Position numbers and translations under genes: made by a program. Shown here piece after piece: positions 19,801 to 30,210 of a stretch of 64,000 nucleotides of DNA (within the stretch, counting starts at the first letter, position 1; each line of letters begins with the position of its first letter). The stretch spans positions 1 through 64,000 of the forward strand of contig JABLTJ010000002.1 in assembly GCA_013166775.1 (NCBI GenBank), given 5' to 3'. The stretch comes from Promethearchaeati archaeon (GTDB lineage Archaea; Asgardarchaeota; Heimdallarchaeia; Heimdallarchaeales; Heimdallarchaeaceae). Below the pieces are notes generated by a model that saw only the letters and a program-made list of their open reading frames with translations, was not told the DNA's origin and made no database searches.

Positions 19801-20712
19801 TTATTTCTCTTTTATTGGGAGGTATAGGTCAAAGGGAAGCTTATTACCATCTTGCTCTAAAGGATTTAAGTTATGTTCCAAGCACTGATGCTCTCCGAAA
19901 TCGTATTTATCATTGTTTTTTATCCACATGTAAAGCTCTTTCCAAGCATCGCCAAGTTCTTGAATTCCAAAACAGCCCTTCACAACATATAATCCTTCTG
20001 GAATATTTTTTACAACTACATCATCATCGACTTCAAAACCTTCATCTATTGTAATCCAGAATTCATAACCATAGGGATTATCTTTGCTTACAATAAACTC
20101 ACCCTTATCATGATCAAATTTAGGATCTGGATTGTTAAAACCGAAAATTTTGTGTTTCTCTTTATTTTCATACAAACCTTTAGAGTTTGCCCATGCATAG
20201 ATTTTCTTCCCCGCTTTTGTTTCTGGATCTCCGAGAAATTCTCCCATAGCGTGGAAAGATGCAACCCTCATTGCTGGTAATTTAACTATTCTAAATTCAT
20301 CTTTTGCCATTTCTTTTTCACTACCTGATACAGTGTACTTCTTTATTATCGTCTCATAACGCATTCTCAGGGCTTCTTGTCTTTCTTGGTCTCTGACTTT
20401 TATATCAAGAAAAACCTTAGCTGAAGCTTGAAATAGATCCTCACCATCAACTGATATACTATAACAACCTCTGTTTTCCCTTTCAACCAAAGCATAGTCA
20501 ACCAGCATATTAAGATGATTGGCTAAAGTAGTTTTCTGAATATCCATTTCATCCAGAAGATCCTTGAATTCTTTATCTTCGACTAAAAGTCTAGCAAGAA
20601 TTTCAAGTCTAGTTGGATGATCTAAAGCTTTGTGTAAATTAGTTATCTCCTCAAGAGATTCTAAAACAAACAGCTTCAATGCTTCTTTCGAACTAAAAGA
20701 CATTTTACCCAT
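19801..20712 (-). CDS. ArsR-type wHTH transcription regulator fused to GyrI-like effector-binding domain
   Basis: KALDHPTRLEIL...KTTLANHL wHTH; RIVKLPAMRVAS...FGFNNPDP...YGYEFWI...LYLPIK GyrI-like domain. Confidence 0.88.
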   Translation of the reverse strand: MGKMSFSSKEALKLFVLESLEEITNLHKALDHPTRLEILARLLVEDKEFKDLLDEMDIQKTTLANHLNMLVDYALVERENRGCYSISVDGEDLFQASAKVFLDIKVRDQERQEALRMRYETIIKKYTVSGSEKEMAKDEFRIVKLPAMRVASFHAMGEFLGDPETKAGKKIYAWANSKGLYENKEKHKIFGFNNPDPKFDHDKGEFIVSKDNPYGYEFWITIDEGFEVDDDVVVKNIPEGLYVVKGCFGIQELGDAWKELYMWIKNNDKYDFGEHQCLEHNLNPLEQDGNKLPFDLYLPIKEK

Positions 20713-20750
20713 GCATGTACACTTATCCTATATCATAAACTTAGGTTGAT

Positions 20751-20798
20751 GAATTTTTGAATACCAGAATTTCGGAATTTATGAATATATAAACTTTC
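20751..20798 (-). promoter_or_regulatory. Putative BRE/TATA promoter followed by a five-unit 8-bp operator array upstream of the ArsR-GyrI gene
   Basis: GAAT at 20751, 20759, 20767, 20775 and 20783 (exact 8-bp period). Minus-strand TTTATATA at about 20793-20786, preceded by GAAA. Confidence 0.55.
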
Positions 20799-20940
20799 AC
20801 CGAGAGTATTTTAATTTTCCTTTTAAGATTATGTGTTCTCAATTCATACAATAAAAAAGTTATGATTTCCAAATTCATCAGAATACTACTTTAATTTTGT
20901 AAATAATAAATCTTAATATTCTAATCAGAATCAGTAATTA

Positions 20941-21456
20941 ATGAAGAAAGGATTAAAGATTTTCATCATTAGTTTCAGTATTATTCTTGTTGTTGGTATT
21001 GCTTTCTTTAGTACAGTATTATATTCATATAAACAAATCAATTATTCAATTGGAGATACAACCTTAGCTGTGAATATTACACCTCATATTTTATTTGATT
21101 TTACTGGATTTATTGTTGCTAAAACACCCCTAGAAATAAACAATGGGGGTTTGTATGATTTTCAAGATATTGTTATTTCAATAAAAATCTTCGGACAAGA
21201 TTTTTCAATTAGTAGTTTAGATGGAATACTATTAGGAGAGGGGATTAATTCACTAGGAGATGTAGAATCCAAAGAAACATGGTCAGGTTTAATTGAAGTA
21301 AATGTAACACAAGAAATCCCAATTTTAGCGATACAAGATGGAGAATTGAAAATTGATATAGAGGTTAGTTTAAAGATATTCTTCTATCTTTTCAAATACA
21401 ATTTCAATTATGCAACATCCCAGATTATAGAATGGGATTCACCGTTTGGGATATAA
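20941..21456 (+). CDS. Membrane-anchored beta-rich hypothetical protein (LEA/WHy-like fold possible)
   Basis: N-terminal TM helix followed by alternating hydrophobic beta-strands (LEINNGGLYDF..IVISIKI). Confidence 0.6.
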   Translation: MKKGLKIFIISFSIILVVGIAFFSTVLYSYKQINYSIGDTTLAVNITPHILFDFTGFIVAKTPLEINNGGLYDFQDIVISIKIFGQDFSISSLDGILLGEGINSLGDVESKETWSGLIEVNVTQEIPILAIQDGELKIDIEVSLKIFFYLFKYNFNYATSQIIEWDSPFGI

Positions 21457-21468
21457 TTTTGAAAAGGA

Positions 21469-23832
21469 TTATACACTCAAGTGTTCAGTTCTTTCTATTA
21501 TTTCATTTTGAAGGCTTTCTCCAAGATTGATGAAATAATCACTATATCCTGCAACACGAACTATTAAGTTTCTGTATAATTCAGGATTGTTTTGAGCTTT
21601 CCTTAAAGTGTCAGCAGAAACAACATTAAACTGAATATGATGACCATCCATCCTAAAATAGGATCGAATTAGATATAGAAGCTTAGAAATACCATCATCA
21701 TCTGCTAGAAATTGTGGAGTGAATTTTTGATTTAACAATGTTCCTCCTGTTTTCAAATGATCAATTTTGGAAGCGGATTTTATAACAGCTGTTGGCCCCT
21801 TAGTATCCATTCCTTGAACTGGAGAAACACCTTCGGATAAAGGTTGAAATTCTTTTCTTCCATCTGGTGTAGCTTTAATTACACTACCAAAATAAATATG
21901 AACGGTTGTAGGGAGAAGATTGATTCTGTGACACCCTCCTTTTGTATTAGGTCTTCCATTTACACTCATATAGAATTCATTGAAAACTTGTTTCATTATC
22001 TTATCAGTATAATCATTATCATTCCCATACTTTGGTGTTGCTCTTATCAATTTCATCCAGAGTTCATTTCTTCCTTCAAAATTGCTTTCTAATGCCTTCA
22101 ACATCTCTTCCATATTAATTATTTTGTTTTCAAAAACGTTATATTTTAAAGAAGAAAGGGAATCAGTTATTGTACCTAAACCAACTCCCTGAACATATGT
22201 AGTATTATATCGAGCCCCACCATCATTGTAATCTTTTCCGTTTTTGATACAATCATCTACTAACAATGACATGAAGGGTGAAGGGAGGATAGTAGCCCAT
22301 AATCTTTCAATGATATTATTACCTTTAATCTTTATATCAATGAAGTAGTTGAGTTGAAGTTTGAAAGCTTCAAATAATTCATCAAATGTTTTAAACTGTG
22401 TAGAATCTCCTGTTTCCAGTCCTATTTTTTTACCAGTTCTTGAATCTTTTCCATTATTGAGAGTTATTTCCAAAACCTTTGTTAGATTAAAGTAACCAGA
22501 TAGAATGTAACTCTCTTTTCCAAAAGCACCAGTTTCGACACATCCACTTGCTCCTCCGTTTCTTGCATCAATTATAGATTTACCTTGTCGAAGTAATTCT
22601 TGGATAATTGCATCAGTATTAAAAATTGAAGGTTGCCCAAAACCTGTTCTAACAATTTTGAGTGCTCGTTTAAGAAACTCATTAGGTGTTTTCTTGCTTA
22701 TTTGAACCATCGAACTTGGTTGCAAAATTCTCATTTCTTCAATCACATCTAATAATAGATATGATAGATCATTAACTGCATCAGAGCCATCTTCTTTTAC
22801 TCCCCCAAGATTAATCAAACAAAAGTCAGTATAAGTATTACTTTCTTCAGCTGTAACTCCAACTTTTGGTGGAGCAGGTTGGTTATTGAATTTCACCCAG
22901 AAACATTGTAAAAGCTCTTTTATCTCCTCAGAAGTATTTTTTCCTTCTTCTAAATCCTTCTTATAAAAGGGAAAAAGATTCTGATCCAACCTTCCTGGAT
23001 TGAATGAATCCCATGTATTGAGCTCTGTGATAACACCTAAATGTATGAACCAATAATGTTGCAAAGCTTCCCATACAGTTCTTGGTGCATTTTTAGGAAC
23101 GTAATTACAAATTTCAGCAATTTGCTCTAATTCTTGTTTTCTCTTTGAATCTTTCTCTTTCTTTGCTAATTCTTTTGCCTTTTCTGAATATCTCTCTGCA
23201 AGAATGAGAACAGCATCAGCAGCAATTTCCATAGCTTTGAGTTGCTCTTTTTTACCTAGAGCTTCTGGGTCGTTATCGAAGTCTAGATTATTCAAAGCAT
23301 CAGCTATTTCATTTTTGAAGTCTTGAAAACCTTTGTGAAAAATATGTCTTCCAGCAACTGTATGACCTGGAGCTCTTTGTTCCATAAACTCAGTAAAAAT
23401 TCCCGCATCATACGCTTCAATCCATTCTTTGTCCATGTTCTCAAATATTAAATCTCTAATTGATCTTCCTTTCCAATATGGTATGATTCTATCTTTTGTA
23501 AGCTGTCTAGTTTCTTCATCAACTGAAAACGATATCTTTGATCTGGTATTTAATATTTCCAAATCCTTCATACTATGAGTGCATATTTCTGGATAAGTAG
23601 GTGTAGCTGCTGGTTCAGGACCTCTTTCTCCAACAATTAACTCTCCATCATTAATGCAGATTTTTTTGTTTTTTAGTAAAAATTTGAAAGCAAGAGCTCT
23701 AGCTACAGGAATAGAAGTTTTATCTGTTGCACTACTTTGATAAAAATTTGTTAGTAAGAGTGCTCTTTCTAAAGAAAGAGAAGGTTTAGCATTAATGCTT
23801 TGTTCTCTCAGCTTCTTTACTCTCTCATTCAT
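21469..23832 (-). CDS. hypD: Glycyl radical enzyme, trans-4-hydroxy-L-proline dehydratase-like
   Basis: RVAGYS glycyl loop, SGCVE Cys loop, and HypD-type segments FTEFMEQRAPGH, WDSFNPGRLDQ, EESNTYTDF, LLPTTVH. Confidence 0.85.
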   Translation of the reverse strand: MNERVKKLREQSINAKPSLSLERALLLTNFYQSSATDKTSIPVARALAFKFLLKNKKICINDGELIVGERGPEPAATPTYPEICTHSMKDLEILNTRSKISFSVDEETRQLTKDRIIPYWKGRSIRDLIFENMDKEWIEAYDAGIFTEFMEQRAPGHTVAGRHIFHKGFQDFKNEIADALNNLDFDNDPEALGKKEQLKAMEIAADAVLILAERYSEKAKELAKKEKDSKRKQELEQIAEICNYVPKNAPRTVWEALQHYWFIHLGVITELNTWDSFNPGRLDQNLFPFYKKDLEEGKNTSEEIKELLQCFWVKFNNQPAPPKVGVTAEESNTYTDFCLINLGGVKEDGSDAVNDLSYLLLDVIEEMRILQPSSMVQISKKTPNEFLKRALKIVRTGFGQPSIFNTDAIIQELLRQGKSIIDARNGGASGCVETGAFGKESYILSGYFNLTKVLEITLNNGKDSRTGKKIGLETGDSTQFKTFDELFEAFKLQLNYFIDIKIKGNNIIERLWATILPSPFMSLLVDDCIKNGKDYNDGGARYNTTYVQGVGLGTITDSLSSLKYNVFENKIINMEEMLKALESNFEGRNELWMKLIRATPKYGNDNDYTDKIMKQVFNEFYMSVNGRPNTKGGCHRINLLPTTVHIYFGSVIKATPDGRKEFQPLSEGVSPVQGMDTKGPTAVIKSASKIDHLKTGGTLLNQKFTPQFLADDDGISKLLYLIRSYFRMDGHHIQFNVVSADTLRKAQNNPELYRNLIVRVAGYSDYFINLGESLQNEIIERTEHLSV

Positions 23833-23835
23833 AAC

Positions 23836-24639
23836 CTATCCACCTATTTTTACTTTTAATCCGAATAGTTCAAGCTGATTTTTGATTTCACTCATCCTTT
23901 CGTCTGATGGGGGTGCAATATTACTTAACTTATACGTTTTTCCTAATCTATTATATTTTGCTTCGCTCATTTTATTATAAGGTAGTATATCAACCCTAAT
24001 TATAGACTTGAGTTCTGATAGATATTTACCTATCTGATTAAGGTTTGCTGAACTATCTGTTATTCCTGGAACTATTGGAATTCGAATTATAATATTTTGT
24101 TTTTTATCTACTAGAAATGATAAATTCTGAAGGATTAAATCAGTAGAAACACCAGTATATTTCAGATGTTTCTCCATGTCAAGTAGTTTCAAGTCATATA
24201 GAAACAAATCTACATCATCAACTATTTTCTCAAATATAGATTGTGTTCCATACCCTGATGTATCTAAGATAGTATGGATACCTTCTTGTTTGCTAAGTGC
24301 TAGTAGTGATTGCAGAAATTCAGGTTGCATTAGAGGTTCTCCACCCGAAAATGTTACACCACCATTTGATTCTTCATAGAAAACTCTATCTTTCAAAATT
24401 TCATCTATTACTTCTTGAGAACTGATTTCATCTCCTATAACATCTTTAATGCATTCATCGTTTTCTTCTAGTTGAAAAGGAGAAATAATTTCTTCATGCT
24501 CTTTTTTTTGACCCTCTGGATTAGCACACCACCAGCATTCTAAAGGACAACCTTTGAAGAATATTGTAGTTCTTATTCCTGGACCATCATGAATTGCAAA
24601 ACGTTTAATATCAAAAATAAGACCTCTTGTCTCCTTCAT
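23836..24639 (-). CDS. Glycyl-radical activating enzyme (radical SAM), no ferredoxin insert
   Basis: HDGPGIRTTIFFKGCPLECWWCANPEG (CxxxCxxC), GGVTFSGGEP. Lies 3 bp upstream of the GRE gene; ATG at 24639 preferred. Confidence 0.92.
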   Translation of the reverse strand: MKETRGLIFDIKRFAIHDGPGIRTTIFFKGCPLECWWCANPEGQKKEHEEIISPFQLEENDECIKDVIGDEISSQEVIDEILKDRVFYEESNGGVTFSGGEPLMQPEFLQSLLALSKQEGIHTILDTSGYGTQSIFEKIVDDVDLFLYDLKLLDMEKHLKYTGVSTDLILQNLSFLVDKKQNIIIRIPIVPGITDSSANLNQIGKYLSELKSIIRVDILPYNKMSEAKYNRLGKTYKLSNIAPPSDERMSEIKNQLELFGLKVKIGG

Positions 24640-25240
24640 GATGATTACCAGAATAAATCTATCGTCTATATTTAAAAGAATTCTCACTCACAATATTCCT
24701 TTACTTCAGTAATGCTTTAAGTGTGAGTAAAAGTAAAAAACTACAATGTTTGATATGAAATTAGAATAGGTGTTTCGAGATAGAAGGAAGATGTTTCTAA
24801 ACGTGTCAAAAAAAATACAAAAGAGATTGAATTATGAATAAATAATGAGAGAGTAAAAGCGATATATACATCTCGAGCTCCAGGATTTATGAGAACAGCA
24901 AATAGTATTATAAGGGATTCTTTTTGTCGAAGAAATAATGAGACGTTGTTTTGTTAGCGAAGTGAAAAAGGAGTTTTGATACGGAATAGGAAAGTATTAG
25001 GAGGAGAGAAGAAAAGATTGGAGAAACTAATTGAAAAAGTCTCGAATCGTTATAATTTTGTAATCGAAAAAAGAGTTTCAGAAAAGATAGGGATGATTAC
25101 AATCATACATCCTTTGGAGAGTGATTTAGAGATTTTCACAAATTAAAATTTTATCAGTTAGATAAAAAACCAGTCAATTTCTATTAATGTCAACTTCTCT
25201 TAATGTAAGATTTAAATAATTTGTAAGGTATTGAAATCAA

Positions 25241-26086
25241 ATGATTATAAAAAATAGCATCTTGAAGAGGTTGGACAAAATCTATCTCAATTTTGACAAG
25301 GGGAAAATCAAGAAGTCAAAAAACCTAAGATTCATTCCACATCTTGATGATAGACGAGGAGGTAATAGAGCTTACGGTGAATGGTGTCATGTAATTGGGA
25401 TTTTTCAAACATTAATGTTTCATCATTTAGATAAAAAGACAAACAACCTTATTTTGGATGTAGGATGTGGAACAGGATTACTTGGTGTAGCATCCGAACC
25501 CTTTCTTGGAGAGAATGGTCTCTATATTGGAATTGATGTGAGGAAGAAAAACACCGATTTCTGTAGAACTAATTATGTTGGGAACTATGTTTTCCAGCAT
25601 CTTGATTTACAGAATTTGCGATATGCTCCAGATCAGGAACCTATTAGAAAACAATGGCAAGTTGAAAATGAAAGTATAGATATGATTACAGCCCTTTCTG
25701 TTTGGACTCATTTAAACGAAGCTGATGCAATATTCTATTTCAAAGAGATAAATCGTGTTTTAAAAAAGAATGGAAAAGCAATAATTACTTTCTTTGTTCT
25801 TGATGATGATTATTACAATAATCTTGATAAGAGAACAGATGATACTGGAGTTTATCACAACTTTCCAAAAAGTCGCTATACATTTGATCAGCCATGTACA
25901 GAATCAAATCATTGGTTTCATCCTAAATGGGTCAAGCAACCTGAAGATGCCATTGGAATTACAAATGAAGGTATTGAAAAGCTTGTTGAGAATACTAATC
26001 TTAAACTAAAGAAAACTTATGTTGGGAACTGGAAAGAACATCCTGGTTTATATTTTCAAGATATTCTGATTTTTGAAAAAAAATAA
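25241..26086 (+). CDS. Class I SAM-dependent methyltransferase
   Basis: ILDVGCGTG, DMITALSVWTHL, EINRVLKKNG. Confidence 0.9.
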   Translation: MIIKNSILKRLDKIYLNFDKGKIKKSKNLRFIPHLDDRRGGNRAYGEWCHVIGIFQTLMFHHLDKKTNNLILDVGCGTGLLGVASEPFLGENGLYIGIDVRKKNTDFCRTNYVGNYVFQHLDLQNLRYAPDQEPIRKQWQVENESIDMITALSVWTHLNEADAIFYFKEINRVLKKNGKAIITFFVLDDDYYNNLDKRTDDTGVYHNFPKSRYTFDQPCTESNHWFHPKWVKQPEDAIGITNEGIEKLVENTNLKLKKTYVGNWKEHPGLYFQDILIFEKK

Positions 26087-26169
26087 TATCACAGATATTA
26101 AAGCGTTAGAAAAAAAAGAGAATTCACGAAGTTTAAATAAACCGTGATATTTGTTTTTTCAGATTAAAA

Positions 26170-26988
26170 ATGATTATTGATGGACATGCACACGCAAGCG
26201 GAGAATTCAGTGAACCAGAAAAACTAATCTCAATACTTGATAAATTAGGAGTTGATAAAATAGTTCTTTGCCCAGGTTCTTTAGAAAAAGATGCTATTCC
26301 TGATATCCCTAAAATTAGCTATTCTCCAATCAGTAAGATTAGACATTTAATATTCCTAGCCAACAAATATTACTTGAAACATGAAGTTCCAGATCACTAT
26401 TTTGAACAAGGGAACGAGTTAATTAATTCATTCAGAGAAAATCATCCTGATAGGATCATACAGTTTTTATGGGTAAATCCATCAAATGAAGATACTATTA
26501 ATAAGATAAAAGAAGCTCTAGATAATTGGGAAATAAAAGGAATTAAATTACATCAATGTCTATCTAGTTTTTCAAACGATGGATCTGGAATGCGTAAATT
26601 AGCAGAAATTGCAAGAATTAATAATCTTCCAATTTTCATACATATTTTCTCTCGCGAGGAAGTCAGAAAACTCGTTAATCTTGCGCGTGAATTTCCGAAA
26701 ACAAATTTTATTATAGCTCATTTCATAGGGATGGAAATTGCTAAGAAATATGGTAAGGATTTGAAGAATCTATACTTCGATATCTCTACTTACTTTATCA
26801 TTTCAAAAAGAAGAATCAGATATGCAATGAAGCATTTTGGAGCTAATCGTGTTATAATGGGTTCTGATTCTCCATTTGGTGAAAGAAACCTTGAAAATAA
26901 TATACAAAAAATCAGAAAAATGAATATAAGTACAAAAGAAAAAGAATTGATTTTGGGGAAGAATATTGCTAATCTTCTTAATTTGTAA
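26170..26988 (+). CDS. Amidohydrolase family (Amidohydro_2) metal-dependent hydrolase
   Basis: IIDGHAH, GIKLH, PIFIH, IIAH, MGSDSP. Confidence 0.9.
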   Translation: MIIDGHAHASGEFSEPEKLISILDKLGVDKIVLCPGSLEKDAIPDIPKISYSPISKIRHLIFLANKYYLKHEVPDHYFEQGNELINSFRENHPDRIIQFLWVNPSNEDTINKIKEALDNWEIKGIKLHQCLSSFSNDGSGMRKLAEIARINNLPIFIHIFSREEVRKLVNLAREFPKTNFIIAHFIGMEIAKKYGKDLKNLYFDISTYFIISKRRIRYAMKHFGANRVIMGSDSPFGERNLENNIQKIRKMNISTKEKELILGKNIANLLNL

Positions 26989-26995
26989 TTGGTGT

Positions 26996-28258
26996 TTATT
27001 CCTTTTTTGGAGTTACATCTATTAGCTCATATTCTCTTGAACCGAGTTTAAGATCAAATGCACTCGATAGCTGTGTTTCAACAAGTTTTGGTCTAGATTC
27101 TGCATCAACCCAAACACTGAACAAACCAAATTTTTCACCACCAGGACTCATTGCATCTGGAATAGGTTCAATTCTACCAGCAGGACTATCAATCCCTGTT
27201 TCAGCTACAGAACCAGGCATACCAGGAGACTTTGTTACTAAATCTACACCTGCTTGATCAATTGCTATTGGATCTTCAGAGTAGAATATTCCTATGTCTG
27301 GAACAAGTAAATGCCCTCCTGTTGTTGCACAATCACAATGAGCTGTAATATCAATCGCTATATTGATGTATCTAATTCTATCTTCTCCAATTCCTTTTAC
27401 TACTCCTGCAGCATTATCCATCATACGTTCTACTTGCTCTAAGCTTGGAATCCTTCTTCTAAGAGCAAAAATTCTCTTTTCTTCAATTTCCTCTCTTTTG
27501 ATACCATGATGGCATTTAGCAAAACACATTACACATGCAATGCAATTATCTGGATCATGAACAATCTTATTATTTTCATCAAAAGATAAACATTGAGTTG
27601 GACAAATACGAATACATTCTCCACATGCTGTACAATTATCTGGATTTTTAATGTAGATATTTTCTCCTCCACCATAGTGAGCTCCACCTTTTCCACCCAC
27701 ACCTACACAACCAATTCCAAGTTGCTTTAATGCACCACCGAATCCTGCCCCACCATGTCCTTTGAATCTAGCAGTAATAATTACTTTATCTGCCATCCTC
27801 AGTCCCATTGCTAAATCTACTTTTTTAATGTACTTTCCGTTTTCATTTGGAACTATGTAAACATCTGTTCCTACTGTTCCATCATCCATGATGACAGGAG
27901 CGTTCAGAGTGCTAGTATTAAAACCATGTCTATTACCTACTGAAAGAAAACCTGGACCATTTGCCATTGTAAATTCCTTGTTATTTTCATCCCAACCTAA
28001 TCCAACACCTTCACAAACCCAGGGAATTCCTCCTGCTTCTCTGACTAAATCCACAATTCTTCGAATATACATAGGTCGTAAATGTCTGGTTTGATTTCTA
28101 GAGCCAAAATGTGTCTTGATTGCTACTAAATCATTTTCTTTTATCCAATCTTTGAAGTTAATTTCCTCATGATTCCAGAGCAGAGTGAGTCTATCAATTA
28201 AAGAAAAACCCCCGTCTAAATCATCAGTATTAACCATATATACCTTTGATTTTTTCAT
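26996..28258 (-). CDS. DUF362 domain protein with 2x[4Fe-4S] ferredoxin insert
   Basis: VAIKTHFG, FKGHGGAGFGGALKQLGIGC, CTACGECIRICP / CIACVMCFAKC, HCDC, SEDPIAIDQA. Confidence 0.87.
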   Translation of the reverse strand: MKKSKVYMVNTDDLDGGFSLIDRLTLLWNHEEINFKDWIKENDLVAIKTHFGSRNQTRHLRPMYIRRIVDLVREAGGIPWVCEGVGLGWDENNKEFTMANGPGFLSVGNRHGFNTSTLNAPVIMDDGTVGTDVYIVPNENGKYIKKVDLAMGLRMADKVIITARFKGHGGAGFGGALKQLGIGCVGVGGKGGAHYGGGENIYIKNPDNCTACGECIRICPTQCLSFDENNKIVHDPDNCIACVMCFAKCHHGIKREEIEEKRIFALRRRIPSLEQVERMMDNAAGVVKGIGEDRIRYINIAIDITAHCDCATTGGHLLVPDIGIFYSEDPIAIDQAGVDLVTKSPGMPGSVAETGIDSPAGRIEPIPDAMSPGGEKFGLFSVWVDAESRPKLVETQLSSAFDLKLGSREYELIDVTPKKE

Positions 28259-28310
28259 AAAAATTAGAAATATAAGTTACTTATTAATTTATATGTTTTC
28301 GAGATTTACT

Positions 28311-29015
28311 CTAGATATTTTCTGGCAATATTATTGCGATTTTACAGACTTCTCCTTCATTCATAACTGTTTCTAGAACTTCTACTTCTACAGGCTTTTG
28401 TAGTATCTCTTCCCAAATTCCTTTGTAAAAACCTGCCCCACAATAACAATGATACATTGGTAGTTCATTATCTAGATTATCCATAGCTCCCCTAATCCTT
28501 GGACAATGACAGTAGATAGCTCTCTTTTTAACTGGAACTGATTCTTCAAACCAATCTTTAATAAAAGCACTTTTGGGAATCTTTGTAGCAATTATCTTTT
28601 TTTCTTCAAGAACTCCAGCTTGACCCATATTTCTTTTGATAATCTCTTCTTTGTATTTATCTTCAAGTTTTAATGTTTCTCCAAGAAAGTTTTCGAATTC
28701 TTCTTGCATTTTTTGATGAACTAAAATCAAATCCTTTGTTTCAGCATAAAGCTTTTTGAGATGCTGTAATCTTGCTCTTGGATATTGGCACGCACATCCT
28801 GTCATTATTTTCTTTTTCGTTTTTTCATCAACAAAGGAATCAAGTTTTGCTAGAGCTTCCTTTGTCCACTGAAAAACAGCATTGCGATCAGTTTCGGAAG
28901 AAAATTTATCACTCCCTAGAAGTATTTCATCACGTGTTTTTTCTCCAACTTCATCATCTAAACACATAGAAAAAACTCTTAACCAGTATTTATCAAAATC
29001 AAATTCATCAGACAT
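28311..29015 (-). CDS. DUF6144-like Cys-rich (V4R-like) protein
   Basis: GCACQYP, YCHCPR, HCYCGAGFYK..WE.IL..PVEVEVLETV...CK. ATG at 29015 preferred. Confidence 0.65.
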   Translation of the reverse strand: MSDEFDFDKYWLRVFSMCLDDEVGEKTRDEILLGSDKFSSETDRNAVFQWTKEALAKLDSFVDEKTKKKIMTGCACQYPRARLQHLKKLYAETKDLILVHQKMQEEFENFLGETLKLEDKYKEEIIKRNMGQAGVLEEKKIIATKIPKSAFIKDWFEESVPVKKRAIYCHCPRIRGAMDNLDNELPMYHCYCGAGFYKGIWEEILQKPVEVEVLETVMNEGEVCKIAIILPENI

Positions 29016-29102
29016 GTTGATATCTCCAACAGCAATACATCTACCTAAGTGAGTATATAGCAATTGAAATTATTTATAAGTATTAATAAATTCTCTTCTA
29101 TA

Positions 29103-30176
29103 ATGTCTCCTGAAAACTACAGTATTGAAGTATTTAATCCACTAGAAGCTTCAGATGAAGTAATTAAACATTTTTTTGATATAATCGAAGAATGGAATAT
29201 TGAGGAAGATCCTGATGAACCTTTGATTCCAAGAGAATCCTATAAAAAATTTCTACTTGATCCTCACCCTCATTCTCAAAATTACAGATGGTTAGTTTAT
29301 CCTAAGGAAGAAACAAACAAAATTGTAGGCTACGGAAATCTAATTGTTAATTTGGAGGGGCATCCAAATTATGAAGAAAATAAGCACATAGGGTTCTTTT
29401 CAATTTATGTTACTAGAAATTTAAGAAGAAAAGGGCTAGGAAGCAAAATTCTTCGTGTTATAATTAGTAAAGCAAAGGAGTTGAATAGATTATCTACTTT
29501 TCACTGTGGAACTTCAATTGAATCTGGATATGAATTTCTTTCTTATTACAAAGGGACAATTTCAATAGAAAGTGCAGAAAATAGACTCTACATATCAGAA
29601 GTAAAATGGGAGTTGATGAAAACGTGGAAGAAGGCGGGATTAGAAAAAGCTAAAGAAAAAGGAATAACTATGGAAGATTTTTTCGAGTGTCCAGAAGAAA
29701 TAATCGGAGAATATATGCATATATACACTGAAACCATGAAACAGCAACCTTTAGGGGAGTTGGAATGGAAACCGAAACACACTCCTGAATCCAGAAGACT
29801 TGATGAAAAGCGATTAGCTGATAAAGGATTAGAGTGGTATACAATGATCACAAAAGAAAATGATAAAGCAATTAGCGGTCTAACAGAGTATTTTTATTAT
29901 GAGGACACACCACACAGGATAGAACAAGGCTTAACTGGAGTCAAAGAAGAATACAGAGGAAGAGGTCTTGGGAAATGGCTTAAAGCTGAAATGCTATTTC
30001 GAATCAAAGAGAGATTCCCAGATGTCAAATTTATATCTACAGGGAATTCAACTGAAAACGCTCCAATGTTATCAATAAATGAAAGAATGGGTTTCAAAGA
30101 ATTTAGACCAAGTAAACTCTACAAATTGAAACTAGAAGAACTAGACAAACTTGTCCTAAGTAAGAAGAAAAACTAG
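29103..30176 (+). CDS. Tandem-domain GNAT acetyltransferase
   Basis: Two GNAT motifs (LRRKGLGS; YRGRGLGKWLK...NAPMLSINERMGF). Confidence 0.88.
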   Translation: MSPENYSIEVFNPLEASDEVIKHFFDIIEEWNIEEDPDEPLIPRESYKKFLLDPHPHSQNYRWLVYPKEETNKIVGYGNLIVNLEGHPNYEENKHIGFFSIYVTRNLRRKGLGSKILRVIISKAKELNRLSTFHCGTSIESGYEFLSYYKGTISIESAENRLYISEVKWELMKTWKKAGLEKAKEKGITMEDFFECPEEIIGEYMHIYTETMKQQPLGELEWKPKHTPESRRLDEKRLADKGLEWYTMITKENDKAISGLTEYFYYEDTPHRIEQGLTGVKEEYRGRGLGKWLKAEMLFRIKERFPDVKFISTGNSTENAPMLSINERMGFKEFRPSKLYKLKLEELDKLVLSKKKN

Positions 30177-30210
30177 CAACCTTTTTGAATTTCGTATTGT
30201 TTTTAATATT

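Noticed and set aside
24835-24957. Recoding (Sec/Pyl) of the TGA and TAG in the eroded intergenic frame
   Set aside because: No start codon, no redox or methyltransferase context and no visible SECIS-like hairpin; other genes here use TGA and TAG as normal stops.
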